64,000 nucleotides of DNA from Lama glama (taxonomy: Eukaryota): the NCBI GenBank assembly GCA_028534125.1, contig CM052818.1:9426001-9490000 (forward strand). Direction: 5' to 3'. Shown piece after piece: positions 1 through 13,565 of the stretch. The position numbers were made by a program, and so were the translations under genes. Position 1 is the stretch's first letter. Each line of letters starts with the position of its first letter. A model generated the notes under the pieces. It saw only the letters and a list, made by a program, of their open reading frames with translations. It was not told the DNA's origin and did not search any database.

Positions 1-1738
1 ATTTAAAGAAATGAAAAGATAACCCATGCTCTTGGATTGGAAGAATTAATATTGTTAAAATGGTCATACTACCCAAAACAATCTACAGATTTAGTGTAAT
101 CTCTATCAAGTTATTCAGGAGAGTTTTCACAGAACTAGAACAAATAATCCTAAAATTTATATGGAATCACAGAAGACCCAGAATTGCCAAAGCAACCCTA
201 AGGTAAAATAACAAAGCTAGAGGCATAACCCTCCCAGGCTTAATACTATAAAGCTACAGTAATCAAAACAGTGTGGTATTGGCACAAAAACAGACATACA
301 AATCAATGAAACAGAATACAGAGCCCAGAAATAAACCCACACACCTACGGTCAATTAATCCTCAACAAAGGAGGCAAAAACATACAATGGAGAAAAGACA
401 GTCTCTTTAGCAGATGGTATTGGGAAAGCTGGACGGCTGCATGTAAATCTATGAATATAGAATACTTCCTCACACCATTCACAAGAATGAACTCAGAATG
501 GCTTGAAGACTTAAACATAGGGCAAGACACTACAAACCTCCGAGAAGAAAACATAGACAAAACATTCTCTGACATGAATCTTAGTAGTGTTTTTTTAGGG
601 CAGTCTACCCAGGCAATACAAGTAAAACCAAAAATAGACAAATTGGACCTAATTAAATTTACAAGCTTTTGCGTAGTAAGGAAAATGATAAACAAAAAGA
701 CAACCCATGGAATGGGAGAAAATATTTTAAACGATGTGACTGACAAGGGCTTCCAGAATATACAAACAGCTCATACAAGTTAATAGCAAAAAAAAAATCA
801 ACCTAATCCAAAAATGGGCAGAGGATGTAAACAAGCAATTCTCCAATGAAGACATACAAATGGCCAATAAGCACATGAAAAAAATGCTCAGTATCGCTAA
901 TTATCAGAGAAATGCAAATCAAAACTACAATGAGGTATCACCTCACACCAGTCAGAATGACCATCATTAAAAAGTCCACAAATAATAAACGTTGGAGAGG
1001 GTGAGAAGAAAACCCTCCTACACTGTTGGTGGGATGTAGTTTGGTGCAGCCATTATGGAAAACAGTATGGAGATTCCTCAAAAGACTAAAAATAGACTTA
1101 CCATATGATCCAGCAATCCCACTCCTGGGCATATATCTGGAGGGGACTCTAATTCGAAAAGATACATGAACCCCATTGTTCATACCAGGATTATTTACAA
1201 TAGCCAAGACATGGAAACAACCTAAATGTCTATTGACAGATAACCAGATAAGGAAATTGTGTGTGTGCACGCGTGTGTGTATGTGTAAATAATGGAATAC
1301 TACTCAGCCATAAAAAGAATAAAATAATGCTGTTTGCATCAACATGGATGGATCTGGAGATTCTCATTCTTAGTGAAGTAAGCTAGAAAGACAAAGAAAA
1401 ATACCATATGTTATCACTTATATGTGGATCTAAAAAAGATACAAATGAGCTTATTTACAAAATAGAGACTCACAGACATAGAAAACAAACTCATGATTGG
1501 GGGGATGGAGGTGGGAAGGGATAAATTGGGAATTCTAGACAGATGCTAATTAGTATATATAAAATAGATAAACAGGTTTGTACTCTGTAGCACAGGGAAC
1601 TATATTTAATACCTTGTAGTAACCTATAATGAAGAATATGAAAAGGAATACATATGTGTATGTATGACTGAAACATGCTGTACACCAGAAATTGACACCA
1701 CATTGTAAACTGATTATACTTCAATTAAAAAAAAAAAA
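1..1738 (+). mobile_element. LINE-1 3' portion (degenerate ORF2 C-terminus, 3' UTR, A-tail)
   Basis: ORF2-like text (ccatgctcttggattggaagaattaatattg; ccatatgatccagcaatcccactcctggg) with frameshifts and stops, G-rich 3' UTR patch, A-tail at ~1727-1738. Confidence 0.93.
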
Positions 1739-2093
1739 CTAAGGTGGTTCATTAAAAAACATTTAGTTTTACAGTATTTGGGTTGCTATAATACAAAGAG
1801 GTGTAGAGTAACATTAAAATGATATTACTTGGATAGATGATTTTCCCTTTTCAGTGAGAAGCTAGTAGTTGTTCTTCAGATTGAATTTTGTGTATATGTA
1901 TTAGAAATGTATATAGTTTAAATTACTTAGCTGGTAGATGTGTGGTTGTACTTCTTAGTTTATCCTTTTCAAAATAGATGAAATACATTTAGTTGTAGAG
2001 GCAGCAAAATATAAAATGTTCTTATTTTTAATTAAAGATGTATATTTTATGTATTCATAATACATTAATGTCATTTTTTGTGTTTCGTTATAG

Positions 2094-2161
2094 ATTAGAA
2101 TATGGCTACATATCCCTGCTGTCATGCAGCACATTATCCCTTTTAGGACCTATGTTATCAG
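2094..2161 (+). CDS. USP34: USP34 window exon 1 (68 nt)
   Basis: tag|ATT...AG|gtaatt; IRIWLHIPAVMQHIIPFRTYVI(R). Confidence 0.92.
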
Positions 2162-2419
2162 GTAATTTTATAAAATCTTTTCCCTGGTTATCAATGTAAT
2201 AATGTTAAAACAATTCATAGCATAGTACAGAATTTTATTGTTTGGAAGTCCCTTGTATTCACATCCTCCAGAGAAAATTTTAATTGATAATTTGATGCAT
2301 AGTATTTTATGCACATATGTAGGTTTATATTTAATGTTTACTTTCAAGCAATTTATGTTGGAAGTTTTTTTACAGGAGTATATAAAAAATTAAAAAGTGG
2401 TTACATCATATTTCACTGT

Positions 2420-4340
2420 ATTTATTCACTCAACAAATATATACTCAGTATTCTGTTGTAGGTACTGAGGATATAGCAGAGAAGAAAAAATTCTTTTGTG
2501 CAGTCTGTGTACAAAATATGTAAATCATACAGTTAATTATAAAGTGATGAGTATTACGAGAGAAATAGCAACAAGGGTGGGTTGACAGTTCTAGAGGGTG
2601 GGTCACAATTATGAGTCTGGGTATAGAGAAGGTCTTGTTGATGAGGTGACATTTGAGTTTTTTAAGTCCCAACCTAAGAAGAAAACCTAAGAAGAGGATA
2701 GAGAAAGAACTGCATTGATTAGACTTAGGGTGTAAACTGTGAGAGTTCTCAGATTGTATTTCTTGATAATATTTATGAATTCTTTATAATTTTTATATTC
2801 ATTCATTTGCAAAGATTTGAGTGCCTGCTTTTTTCCTATTACTGTTTGAATTGTTGGAGAAAGTTCAGGAAAAGAGTCAGATAATGATGAATGCTGTGCA
2901 AGTAAGATAAGGTGATACGGAGTATGAGGCCTTTCTGAAAGGTGACATCTGAAGAACATGAATCACCTAATCAGATGATAAGAAAGTATATTTCAGGTAG
3001 AAGGAACATAAAGGCATAGGCTTTGAAGTTGGAAATAATACGACATATTAAAAAACTAGAAGCAGACTGGTGTGGAGCATAGTGTATAAGCAGGTGTGTT
3101 TATGATATGAAGTTGCATAAGCCAGGGACAGTTTTTTCAGGGCCTTCAAGCTATTGTAAGGAATTTGAATTTAATCTTAGCAGATGAATCATGATCACTT
3201 TGGCATTTAAGTGGATCATAAGTTACAGGGGGATTGGAGGAGAAGCTAGGTGACCAATTGAAAGATTTAAGCAGTAGTCCTGGAAAGAAATGATGGTAAA
3301 TTGTACACAGATTGTTTATAGTGATTTTGAAAATTGAATGGATATGTGTGAAAATGAAATCAACAAGATTGGTGATTGTGGAGGTTAAGGAAAAGGGTAA
3401 CATAGTGGATGACACTTAATCCCCCTCCCCTTGATTTCTCTTTTGTGCTATAGATAACTGAGATTTGAAAGACTGTAAGCATTTATAAAGATTTAATTTT
3501 GAGATGCCTTTGGGAAATTTAAGTGGCACTAACAAATTGGGAGTATAAGCCTGTAATTTAGAACAATAACATTAATTTAGGAGTTGTCAGCATAAAAATA
3601 GCACTTAAAAGCCATGAGAGTAAATGAGGTCATCTAGGGATAGAATGTAGAAAGAGAATAGAAATGAGTCTAGGTTGGAGCCCTGTGTCAGTTTGCTTTT
3701 GCTGTGTAAGTAAACAACATGTAAAACTAAAACAACAGCCACTTATTAAAATAACAGCCATTTATTATTTCTCACAATTCTCTGGTTGGTTAGTTCTTCT
3801 GATCTGGGCTGACTTGGCTGGACCTGCATGCTCTAGGATATATAGCCTCATTCATACGTCCTGTGGTTGTCAGGCTGGTTGGTCTTGGGTAGGGATGGAT
3901 GCTCGTATACATCTTGTAGTTGGCTAGATGTCGGCTGGGGCATTGGCCATATCTCCTTCATCTAGTATGCTGTCCTGGATCATTTTTTTGGTGGTGGAAG
4001 AATTACCAGCAAGAGAGGACAAGCTCAAAGGCTTTTTAAGCTTCTGCTTTTGTCACATCTCCTAATATCCCACTGGCCAAAGGAAGTTCCATGGCAAACC
4101 TTAGATTTAAGAGAGTAGAGAAATAAATGACACCTTTGATGGGAAGAATGGCAAAGTCACATTGCAGTGGCTCTTATATAAAGTGATGGGAGGAGTTTTG
4201 GGCCTTTTTGCAATCTATTATAAGCCCTGAGGAGCACTAATGTTGAAAGGTTGGGTAGAGGAGTTGTCAACCAAATAGAGTTGAAAGGGCCTGAGAGGAA
4301 AACCAGTGGTTTGTGATTTTTGGAAGCTAAAAGAAGAATA
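2420..4340 (-). mobile_element. L2 remnant(s), interrupted by an MLT1 LTR
   Basis: ttcactcaacaaatat... (L2 3' end, antisense) and L2-like text continuing on both sides of the LTR; boundaries approximate. Confidence 0.7.
3684..4222 (-). mobile_element. MLT1-family (ERVL-MaLR) solo LTR
   Basis: Starts tgtgtcagtttgcttttgctgtgtaa; MLT1-like internal motifs (cccactggccaaag...catggc); 5-bp TSD agccc at 3679-3683 and 4223-4227. Confidence 0.82.
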
Positions 4341-4747
4341 ATGTTTAAAATGTACACATTCTGAAGAATTTTGGCTGTGTAGGGGAATACATGTACTGTT
4401 TATATATAAAGTGGGCTAAAACTTACTAAAACAGAAGCTGTATACATGACAAGTATTAGAGAATAGTAAAGCTTTACTGGAGATGCAAAATCCAATGTTA
4501 AATAAATCAGTTCTTACAGTTCCTGGTTCAAGTTGGACTCTCAGCAAAGGACACACTGCCACAGGTCACAATCCTTAAAGCATCATTTAGAAATAGTTTA
4601 AATTGGGAATATTAATCCCATGATGCCAAGTTTTACTGTACTAAACATTTTGGAGATATGGAGCAAAGGAATATTATTGAATTATTGAGTGGTCTTCAGA
4701 AACATTTTGCAAGTTTTTGCATGTATTTTATTTCTGAATCATTTCAG

Positions 4748-4940
4748 GTATTTATGCAAGCTCTCTGATCAAGAGTTAAGACAGAGTGCAGCTCGCAACA
4801 TGGCTGATTTAATGTGGAGCACAGTGAAAGAACCATTGGACACAACGCTATGCTTTGATAAAGAAAGCCTAGATCTTGCATTTAAGTACTTTATGTCACC
4901 TACTTTGACTATGAGGTTGGCTGGACTAAGTCAGATCACG
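4748..4940 (+). CDS. USP34: USP34 window exon 2 (193 nt)
   Basis: ttcag|G...ACG|gtaagc; YLCKLSDQELRQSAARNMADLMWSTVKEP...RLAGLSQIT. Confidence 0.95.
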
Positions 4941-5299
4941 GTAAGCTATATTTGCTTTATTTTTGGTAATTTTTTATTTGCTTTCTCAGACTGTCATCAT
5001 CATTATCATACCTACTATTTATGGAGCCACATATGTTATTGCTAGGCATTGTGCTAAGTATTTTACATGCATTACTTAGTATGGTCCTTACGAATAATTT
5101 CTGTATTTTCTCTTTTCTCCTATTTAAATAGGAGGAGACAAAGGCTTAGATTTAGAAGGATATATACCTTAGATCTTTTTGATTTGAGGGTTCAACTCTT
5201 TCACTGTTTTTTCTTTCTTAACAATTCAGTTTTTTACATTTAGAAAGCAGTGTTTTCAGAGCGAAAAAAATTACCGACTCTTAAGTAGTTAATTCATTT

Positions 5300-5630
5300 T
5301 CCAGGCAGAAGCCATAGATTATTGAATCAGAGGCCAGATTTGACTAACAGAAATGTTTGATTTGCACAATAGCCAATACTGTTTTAAACAGGGAGAAATA
5401 TGTATTATTGGTTTCTCTTGGAAGGACAGGGTGAGAAGAAAGATCTGATATCTTTGAGTCTGTATTCTTGCGTGACAACAGTTTGCTGGAGTTAAGTAGT
5501 TAGCTGCATTCTTTAGAATGGATATGCTTTCTCTGGTTTACCAAAGTCTGCATTAGATTTACTCCTTTATGTTTGTTGCCTATTTTTATAGTGTAGTTAT
5601 TCTGAGGTAGCTAGATTTTACCCATTATTG
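5300..5630. mobile_element. hAT-Charlie MITE remnant (MER102-like)
   Basis: tctcttggaag...agatctgata...gctggagttaagtagttagctgc resembles the recalled MER102 consensus. Confidence 0.45.
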
Positions 5631-6022
5631 GACTTTGTAAACGTATAAAACACTTGATGACAATTTCCCAAATCAGATCTTAAATGTGTATGTCTGAGAA
5701 ACCTTTCTTGAAATTTTATATCTGTAATAATTGACATATTAACTTGCTGCCTTGCATTAGATTTTTTGGATTTTCCCTTGTTCAGTTTTTTCTCTAGCAT
5801 TCGTAGTGGAGTAAAGCCTAAGTATTACTTGTGGAATGAATTAGTGCTTAAAAATGATAAAGGAAATAGCCAGGCTAACTGGAAGTATATGTATCTGATT
5901 ATCCATCTTATGCTTTTGATCTAGTTGTTGATCATAGTCTACATATATCAATCATGTTTCTTGGCAGTTGCTAACATACACAGGAGTAATTTTGAAAAAT
6001 GTTTAATTTCTTCTAATTATAG

Positions 6023-6084
6023 AATCAACTTCACACCTTCAATGATGTGTGCAATAATGAATCATTGGTATCAGACACAGAAAC
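6023..6084 (+). CDS. USP34: USP34 window exon 3 (62 nt)
   Basis: tatag|AAT...AC|gtaagt; NQLHTFNDVCNNESLVSDTE(T). Confidence 0.93.
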
Positions 6085-6611
6085 GTAAGTAGGAGCATTA
6101 ATTTATACATAAGTACACTGTTTTAATGTTTAGCTGTTTGTGTGGTAATTATAATTGTGACTGTTAAATTTGAAGTGTTTACTAGAAATTCTTTGCCTGG
6201 TGGCTTCATTTGTACACTCTTTCGTAAACTTTCAGAATAATATATTGAAGCATTTCTCCTTTTTAAAAGCATATAGTGCTATTTGTCACACAACGCAAAA
6301 GGATACTATTTGTACAGGAGAATTTAATAGTAAAGAATATGGTACTGATAGTTTTCAGAAATCACACTTGATGCAGAAAAAGATTTCATTCGATACATTT
6401 TTTTGGGTGGAAAAACCAGCTTAATGATGCTCTTGTAAGAAAAGAAGTAGTTTTTGTAGCTTAGAGCCTTTGAGTACTTAAAAATATTTATTTATTCCAA
6501 TACTTATCCCATTTAGTTGTTCATCCAGTATAGAAATCAGTTTTAAAAATCTCAATTTGGTATTAATATTTTCTGCTTAAACAGAGTTATACATTTAAAA
6601 ATCTTTTAAAA

Positions 6612-6726
6612 TTTATTTTTGGTGGGGGGCAACTAGGTTTATTTATTTTAATGAAGGTACTGGGGATTGAACCCAGGACCTCATGCATGCTAAGCATGTT
6701 CTCTGCCACTGAGCTATACCCTCCCC
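6612..6726 (-). mobile_element. tRNA-derived SINE (camelid vic-1-like)
   Basis: Reverse complement reads ggggagggtatagctcagtggcagag...gtcctgggttcaatcccc (A and B boxes), followed by an AT-rich tail. Confidence 0.85.
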
Positions 6727-8505
6727 TCTTAGTTACATGGTTTTAAGGTGTTAGAAAATTCATAATTATATGAATGAGTCATATTTTGCTTTACTGGAAC
6801 TTTTGTGCATTGATCTTAGTTTTGCTCTGTGGAGCTAATCTCAGTTGAACCCAACCCTTCATGAATTTGAATACCAGTTACTATGTCTCTTTACTTTTTC
6901 TTCACATATGAAGTCTTTTAGATTTCTCACCAGACAAGTTACTCACTTATGGCAATGTTCTTTGTTTGTGGTCCCCTTAAAATGTGCTGCCCAGAATTGG
7001 TAGTAGCTTTGTAAATTCTGGGTTATACTAGGGGTGCTGTTTCACACAGTGAAGACACTATATAGAGTATATCCAGTGTATGTAAAGCTACAGCTCTAAA
7101 TTTCCCTTTTTACTCCTCAGTGCCTCCCTTCCCACTCCTTTAGACTGCCTCTAAGAGAATCTTAAAAATGTCAAGGAGTAGTGACTTCTCATCCCTGCAA
7201 AAAGACAAAAAAAGTTTCTGGAATCATCAGTGCAGGAACCCCACATGTCCAGGCTAAGTCTTTACATTGCTGAGCATAGAAAGTAGGAATTCCATTTTAA
7301 AATGTGTAGGGATTTATACATTCTAAAGACATGCTTAAGAGGGAGGAGAGTGAAAGTTTTGAGGAATAGTGGGTAAAGACAGCTGAAGTTGGAAAGAGAA
7401 GGGTCTGTACAGTGTGAAAAGATTGGAGCAAATACATAAAGTATGATAAATACTGTTGGAGCCTGTGAATTGGGTCTCTTTTTAAGTAAGTTTTATTAAG
7501 GTATAGATTCTATACACAAAAATTCACCTGTTTTTATAATGAATTTTAGTAAATTTATAGAGTTGTACAGCTATCATCAATTCAGTTTCAGAAATTGACA
7601 TCACTTCAGAAAGGTCTCTTTTGCTCATTTGTAGTCAGTCGACATCCTTACTCCCAATGCCGCTAATCTTCTTTCTCTCTTTAGATTTGCCTATTTTGGG
7701 CATTTCCTATAAATGGAGTCATATGATAGTGGTCTTTTTCAATTGTTGCCTTTTACTTATACTGTTTTTCTTGAGGTTCATTCATGTTGTGGTGTGAACT
7801 CAGTACTTCATTCCTTTTTATTGCTGAATAGTATCACATTATGCAGCTATGTCACATTTTGTTAATCCTTTTACCAGTTGATGGGTATATTCGATTGTTT
7901 CCCCTTTTTGGTTAGTATGAATAATGCTGCTTTTAACATTTATGTACAAATCTTTTTGTGGACATATGTTTTCATTTCTCTTGGTAGATAAAGAGGAGTG
8001 TGATTACTGGTTTGTATGGTCATTTTATGTTTAACTTTTAAAGAAACTGTCAAAATGTTTTCCAGTGTTCCTGCATCATTTTACATTCTCAGTAGCAATG
8101 TATGAGGGTTCCAGTTTCTCCTCAGGATCTCCAGCACTTTTTCTTTTTACTATGGTATTTCATTATGGTTTTAATGTGCATTTGCCTAATTGCTAGTGAT
8201 GCTGGACATTTTATAAGGTTATTTTCCATTCTGTTTCTTCTTTGGTAAATTATTTGTTAATTTTTTGGCCCAGTTTTTAGTTGGGTTATTCGTCTTGTTC
8301 TGTGGACTAGCATATAATCTCTACTGCAGAATGTCTATGTGTGCTTTTGAAGACCTTTTATTTAGCTGTTGTTGAATGGAGTGGTCTATAGATGTCTTTT
8401 AGGTGTAATGAGTTTTTACTACTGTCTGTCACCTATATCCTTGTTTATTTTCTGCTTACATGTTCTGTTCCATCATTAAAAGCAGGGTATTGAAGTCTCC
8501 AGCTT

Positions 8506-8988
8506 CAGTTGATCCTCATTTTGTGGAGTCTGTGAATTTGTGCATTTGCTGCAATTTATTTGTAACCCCCAAATCAATACTTGCGGCACTCTCATAGCCA
8601 TTGGCAGAAATGCACAGAGCAGTTAAAAATTTGAGCCTCCCAACATGCAGATTCCCAACTGAAGTCAAACAAGGTGATACTCTGTGTTCTTGTTTTAGCA
8701 CTGGTTCCGAGATGACCAGGGAATGGAAGTAGTAGGAGGCAATACAGTGTAGTGCAAGCTCTTGGTCTGGGCCAGTTGGAGGGATATGAATCCCAGCTCT
8801 AGCACCTGTTATTGGAGCAGCCTCAGACAAGTCACCTAAACACTTCCGAACCTTATTTTCTCTTTTGTAAGATAGAGAAACTGGAATCTAATAAGTTATT
8901 TTTAGATTTTAAGATTCAGGGGTTCAGTATGAGTTAATTCAGTGCAATGGTTTTATGGAATACAGCTGCTATGAATAACAAGAATTGT
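8506..8988 (+). mobile_element. TcMar-Tigger MITE (MER82/Tigger9-like) with internal MIR-like segment
   Basis: Left end cagttgatcctcatt...tttatttgtaacccccaaatcaatac; right end ...aataacaagaattg; MIR-like core gaatcccagctct...gacaagtcacctaa. Confidence 0.7.
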
Positions 8989-9000
8989 CCCTTCAATTCT

Positions 9001-9535
9001 GTGGTGTATATGTATACAGTGGAATACTATTCGGGCATAAAAAATGAATGAAATTGTGCCATTTATGACAACATGGAAGGACCCTGAGGGCATTATGCTA
9101 AATGAAATAAGTCAGGGAAATACAAATACCATATGATCTCATTTATATATGAACTTTAAAAACAAACAAAAAAAACTGAACTCATAAATAGAATAGACTG
9201 GTGGTTGTCAGAGGTGGGAGGTTGGGGGGAAGGCAGAACAAATGAAGGAGGTCAAAAGATACACATTCCCAGTTATAAAATAAGTCACGAGGATGTAATG
9301 TGCAGCATGGTGACTATAGTTAATAATATTTTATTGCATATTTGAAAGTTGCTGAGAGAATAGATCTTAAAAGTCCTCATCACAAAGGAAAAATTTTTAA
9401 CTGTGTATGGTGATGTACGTTAACTAGACTTACTGTGGTGATCATTTAGCAATATATACAAATATTGAATTATTATGTTGTACACTTGAAACTAATGTAA
9501 TGTTATGTCAATTGTATGTCAATTATAAAAAAAAG
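9001..9535 (+). mobile_element. LINE-1 3' end (L1MA/MB-type)
   Basis: gtggaatactattcgggcataaaaa...gttgtacacttgaaactaatgtaatgttatgtc followed by an A-tail. Confidence 0.85.
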
Positions 9536-10553
9536 TTTTTATAAAACGAGGATCAAATAAAAGAAAGCAATGTTGAGAGATCACTGTAATATCCAAATGA
9601 GAGCCATGTCTCTTTTATCAGAGGAAACAGCGTAGGGGAAAGGATGATGATGGTGGTCTAAATGGCATTTTTACTTAAGGGGAAAAGCCTTCCTTGCATT
9701 GCCCTGACTGAAGTGGGAACTTCAGAACAAACCTTTGTTTTCTGAAACATCTATCTTTAAAGGAGTTCTGCAAAAGGGTTGTAGAACAGATTGTGTATCT
9801 AAAGTTACCATAAAAAATTTGCATTTAATTAAACCCTCTGTCGTCTTCAAAGGCAAGCAGCAAGTCACATTGTTGCAGTGACTTACTCTTTCAAGAACCC
9901 ACTCTAGGATGCACTTGATGCTAATGACATACTCTTTTTACCCTTTGAAGCAGTAGGTGATGGTAATTTAAAAGAGGTTCAAGGGTTTAGTATTAGCTAA
10001 CTCAGTGCAGTGACTTTATAGAATATAACTTCCCAGAGTAACAAGAATGGGCTGTATTATTTCTTTTTCTCCCTTTGATTTTGTTGGTTTTTGCTTCATG
10101 TATTTTAGAACAGTTTGTTAGGTAGGTGCATGTTAATTGTTGTTAGGTTCCTGGTAGTTTCATCCTTTAGTCATTATAAAATATTGTCCCTGTTTGTCTC
10201 TTTAAAACTTTTTTTTTTTACCTTAAATCTGTTTTGTTTGTCATTAGTATAGCCACTGCAGCTTTATAATGCCTACTGTTTTTAATGGTATATCTTTTTT
10301 TATCTTCTTACTTTCAACCTGTTTGTGTTTTGGATCTAAAGTATGTCTTGGAGGCAGCATATGGTTGGATTAAAAAAAAGAATCTAGTCCTACCATCTCT
10401 TGATTATTTAATACATTCACTTTTAAATTTTTTATATATAGTTGGGTTTATTTCTGCCTTTTTGCTATTAGTTTTTTATGTTTTCTTTTTAAAAATATTT
10501 TTTGTATTTCTCCTTTACTGCCTTATTTTGCAGTATGTAGATATATGGTAGTA

Positions 10554-10875
10554 TAGTTGCCATTTGATATATGTGGGGGATTGGTTCCAGGACACCCTGT
10601 GGATGCCAGAATCTGCAGATGCTCAAGTCCCTTACATAAAATGATGTAATGTTTGCATATAAGCTGTACACATCTTCCCATATACCATACCATAAATCAT
10701 CTTTTGATTATTTATAATACCTTATACAATGTAGGTGTTATGTAAATAGTTGCCAGCATGTGGCAAATTCAAGTTATGCCCTTTGGAACTTTATGGAATT
10801 TAAAAAATAAGTATTTTTGATCCTCTGTTGGTTGCATCTGTGAATGCAGAACCCATGGATACAGAGGGCTGACTG
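10554..10875 (+). mobile_element. MER2-like TcMar-Tigger MITE
   Basis: gggggattggttccaggac...gatgctcaagtcccttacataaaatg; ends gagggctgactg; TA on both flanks. Confidence 0.85.
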
Positions 10876-11494
10876 TATACCATTTTAATTGCACTGATTT
10901 ATTTTTTTACATTTAAAAAATTATTTTGTTAGTGATTACTTTGTGGGTTAAAATAGGCATCTTAATTTATTACTGTCTACTTCAAATTGATAACAATTCT
11001 AGTAAAATACAGGAACATTGCTATAGTATAGCTCTATGCCTTTGTTTTTGATAAGACTTAATCGCTAATCTATTGTGTTTCCTTTGTATGCGCTTACTTC
11101 TTTTTTCCTCACTGTTTTTAAGGTTTTTCTGTCATTCTTTGGCTTTTAGCAGTTTGACTATGTGTCTGGGTGTGTATATTCTTGTGTTTATCCTAGTTAG
11201 AGTTTGTTGTGATTCTTGAATGTGTAGATGAACATTTTTCATTAAATTTGGTATGTTTGGCTATTGTTTCTTCAAATTTTTTTCCTGCTCCAATTCCTCC
11301 TGGGAGTCCCAGTATATGTATATTTCTAGAGTCCTGAATGGTTATTATTGTCAGTGTTGTCCGATTTTATGCTTGGTCAGTTATAGTTACAGTTCTCAGC
11401 TATTATGAAAGTCCCTGGGTCTCCTTTTAATGTCCTTTAAGAGACTGAAAGAATGGGGTTTATTGGTTAGCATTATTTTTAGTTGTTGAATTGT

Positions 11495-13565
11495 CATAAA
11501 ATACTAGCAAATCAAATCCAACAATGTGTAAAAAGAGTTATACCCCATAACCAAGTGAGATATATCTCAGGACTGCAAGGCTGGTTCAGCATTTCAAAAT
11601 CAACTAATGTAATCCATCATATCAACAGGCTGAAGAATAGTAACATGATCATATGAATAGATGCAGAAAAATTGACAAAATCAAATTCTCAGTAAACTAG
11701 GCATAGAAGGGAACTTCCTTGAGAACATCTACAAAAACCCTACGGCTAACATCATACTTACAGATGTAAAGTTCAGAGGTTTTCTGCTAAGATCAGGAAC
11801 AAGGAAAGGGTGTCCCCTCTCAACACTGATTTTCATCATTTTATTGGAAATCCTTCCTAATGTGGTAAGACAAGAAAAGGAAATAAAAAGTGTATCGATT
11901 GGGAAGAAGGAAGTAGAACTGCCTTTGATCGCAGGTCATGATGATCTATGTAGAAAATCTGAAAGAACTGACAAACTTGTTAAACTAATGGGTATTTATA
12001 GCAGGATTGTAGGATACAAAGTTAATAATCAAAAGTCAATCATTTTCCTGTGGAACAAGTGGAAATTGGAAATTTAAGATACAACACCATTTACACATTA
12101 GCGCCACAAAAAATGAAATACTCAGGTAAGTCTAACAAAATATGAAGATTATCAGGAAAATTTCAAAACTGATGAAAGATAGCAAACAAGAACTAAATAA
12201 ATGGAGAGAGATTCCATGTCAGTGGGTAGGAGGACTTAAAATTGTAAAGATTGTCAGTTCTTTCTAACTTGATCTATAGATTTAGTGCATCTCAGTTAAA
12301 ATCCTGGTAAGTTATTTTCTGGATATCAAGAAACTAATTATAACATTTTCTTATATAGAGAGCAAAAGACCCAGAATAATCAGCACAATATTGAAAGGAA
12401 AAAACAAAGTTGGTAGATTGATATTACCCATCTTCAAGACTACCATGAATTTCTAGTAATCAAGACAGTATGGTATTGGTGAAAGTATAGACAAATAGAT
12501 CAATTGAACAGAATAGAGTGCTCAGAAATAGGCCCACATGAATATAATGAACTGATCTTTGACAGAGGAGTAAAGGCAGTACAGTATAGCAAAGATAGGC
12601 TTTTCAACAAATGGCACTGAAACAGTTGGACAACCAAATGCAAAACTATATAATCTAGACACAGATCTCACATTCTTCACAAAAATTAATTCAAAATGGA
12701 TCACACACCTAAACATGAAATAACAAAGCAATAAAACTCCTAAAAAGTAACATAGGAGAAAACCTGATGACCTTGGGTATGGTGATGACCTTTTGGATGC
12801 AACACCATGGTCCATAAATTGATAAGCTGGACTTCTTTAAAATTAAAAACTTATACTCTATGAAAGGCAGTGTCAAGAGAATGAGAAGACAAGCCATAGA
12901 CAGGAAAAAGTATTTGCAAAAGACACATCTGATACAGGACTGTTATTCAAAATATAAAAACTCTTAAAAATTTAACAGTAAGAAAATGAGCAACCTAATT
13001 TAAAAATACGCTGACTTTAACAGACATCTCACCGAAGAAGATATACAAATGGCAAATGAACACATTGAAAGTTGCTCTTCTTTCATCAGGGAAATTGCAA
13101 ATCAAAACAACAATAAGATTCCACAACACGTCTGTTAGGATGGTTAAAATCCGGAACACTGATACAATCAAATGCTGACCAGGATGTGAAGCAACAGAAA
13201 CTCAAATTCATCACTGGTGGAACTATCGATAAATGAAACAAAATGGATAAATCTTAATACTGAGTGAAAGAATCTAGATTATAAAAAGATTATATACTGT
13301 GTCTATTTTTAAACATAAAATTATATGAAATAAAACTCACCTATAACAACAGAAAGCAGATTACTGATTTTCTGAGCAGTGAGTTGTGGGAGCTAGGGAA
13401 AAGGTGAACTAAGGGGCATAATGAAACTTTCTAGGTTGATGTGTGTGTTTGTTATCTTGATGGTGCTGACATTCATATGTGTATACTTAAGCTTAAATTC
13501 AGCAAACTGTAGACCTTAAATATGTTCAGCTTCTTAAATTTCATGCATAGCTCAAAGCTGTAAAA
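11495..13565 (+). mobile_element. Degenerate LINE-1 ORF2 (RT region to C-terminus) plus an older L1 3' end
   Basis: RT-region text (tcaggaacaaggaaagggtgtcccctctc); ORF fragment EILPNVVRQEKEIKSVSIGKKEVELPL. Confidence 0.88.

Larger units (their letters stand above)
7480..11330 (-). mobile_element. Old antisense LINE-1, fragmented by nested insertions at ~8506-10054 and 10554-10875
   Basis: Antisense L1 3' end and ORF2 text; L1 sequence resumes after the nested elements. Confidence 0.75.

Noticed and set aside
351..1724. Several 77-131 aa ORFs on both strands
   Set aside because: Broken L1 ORF2 pieces and their antisense frames; no intact retrotransposon ORF.
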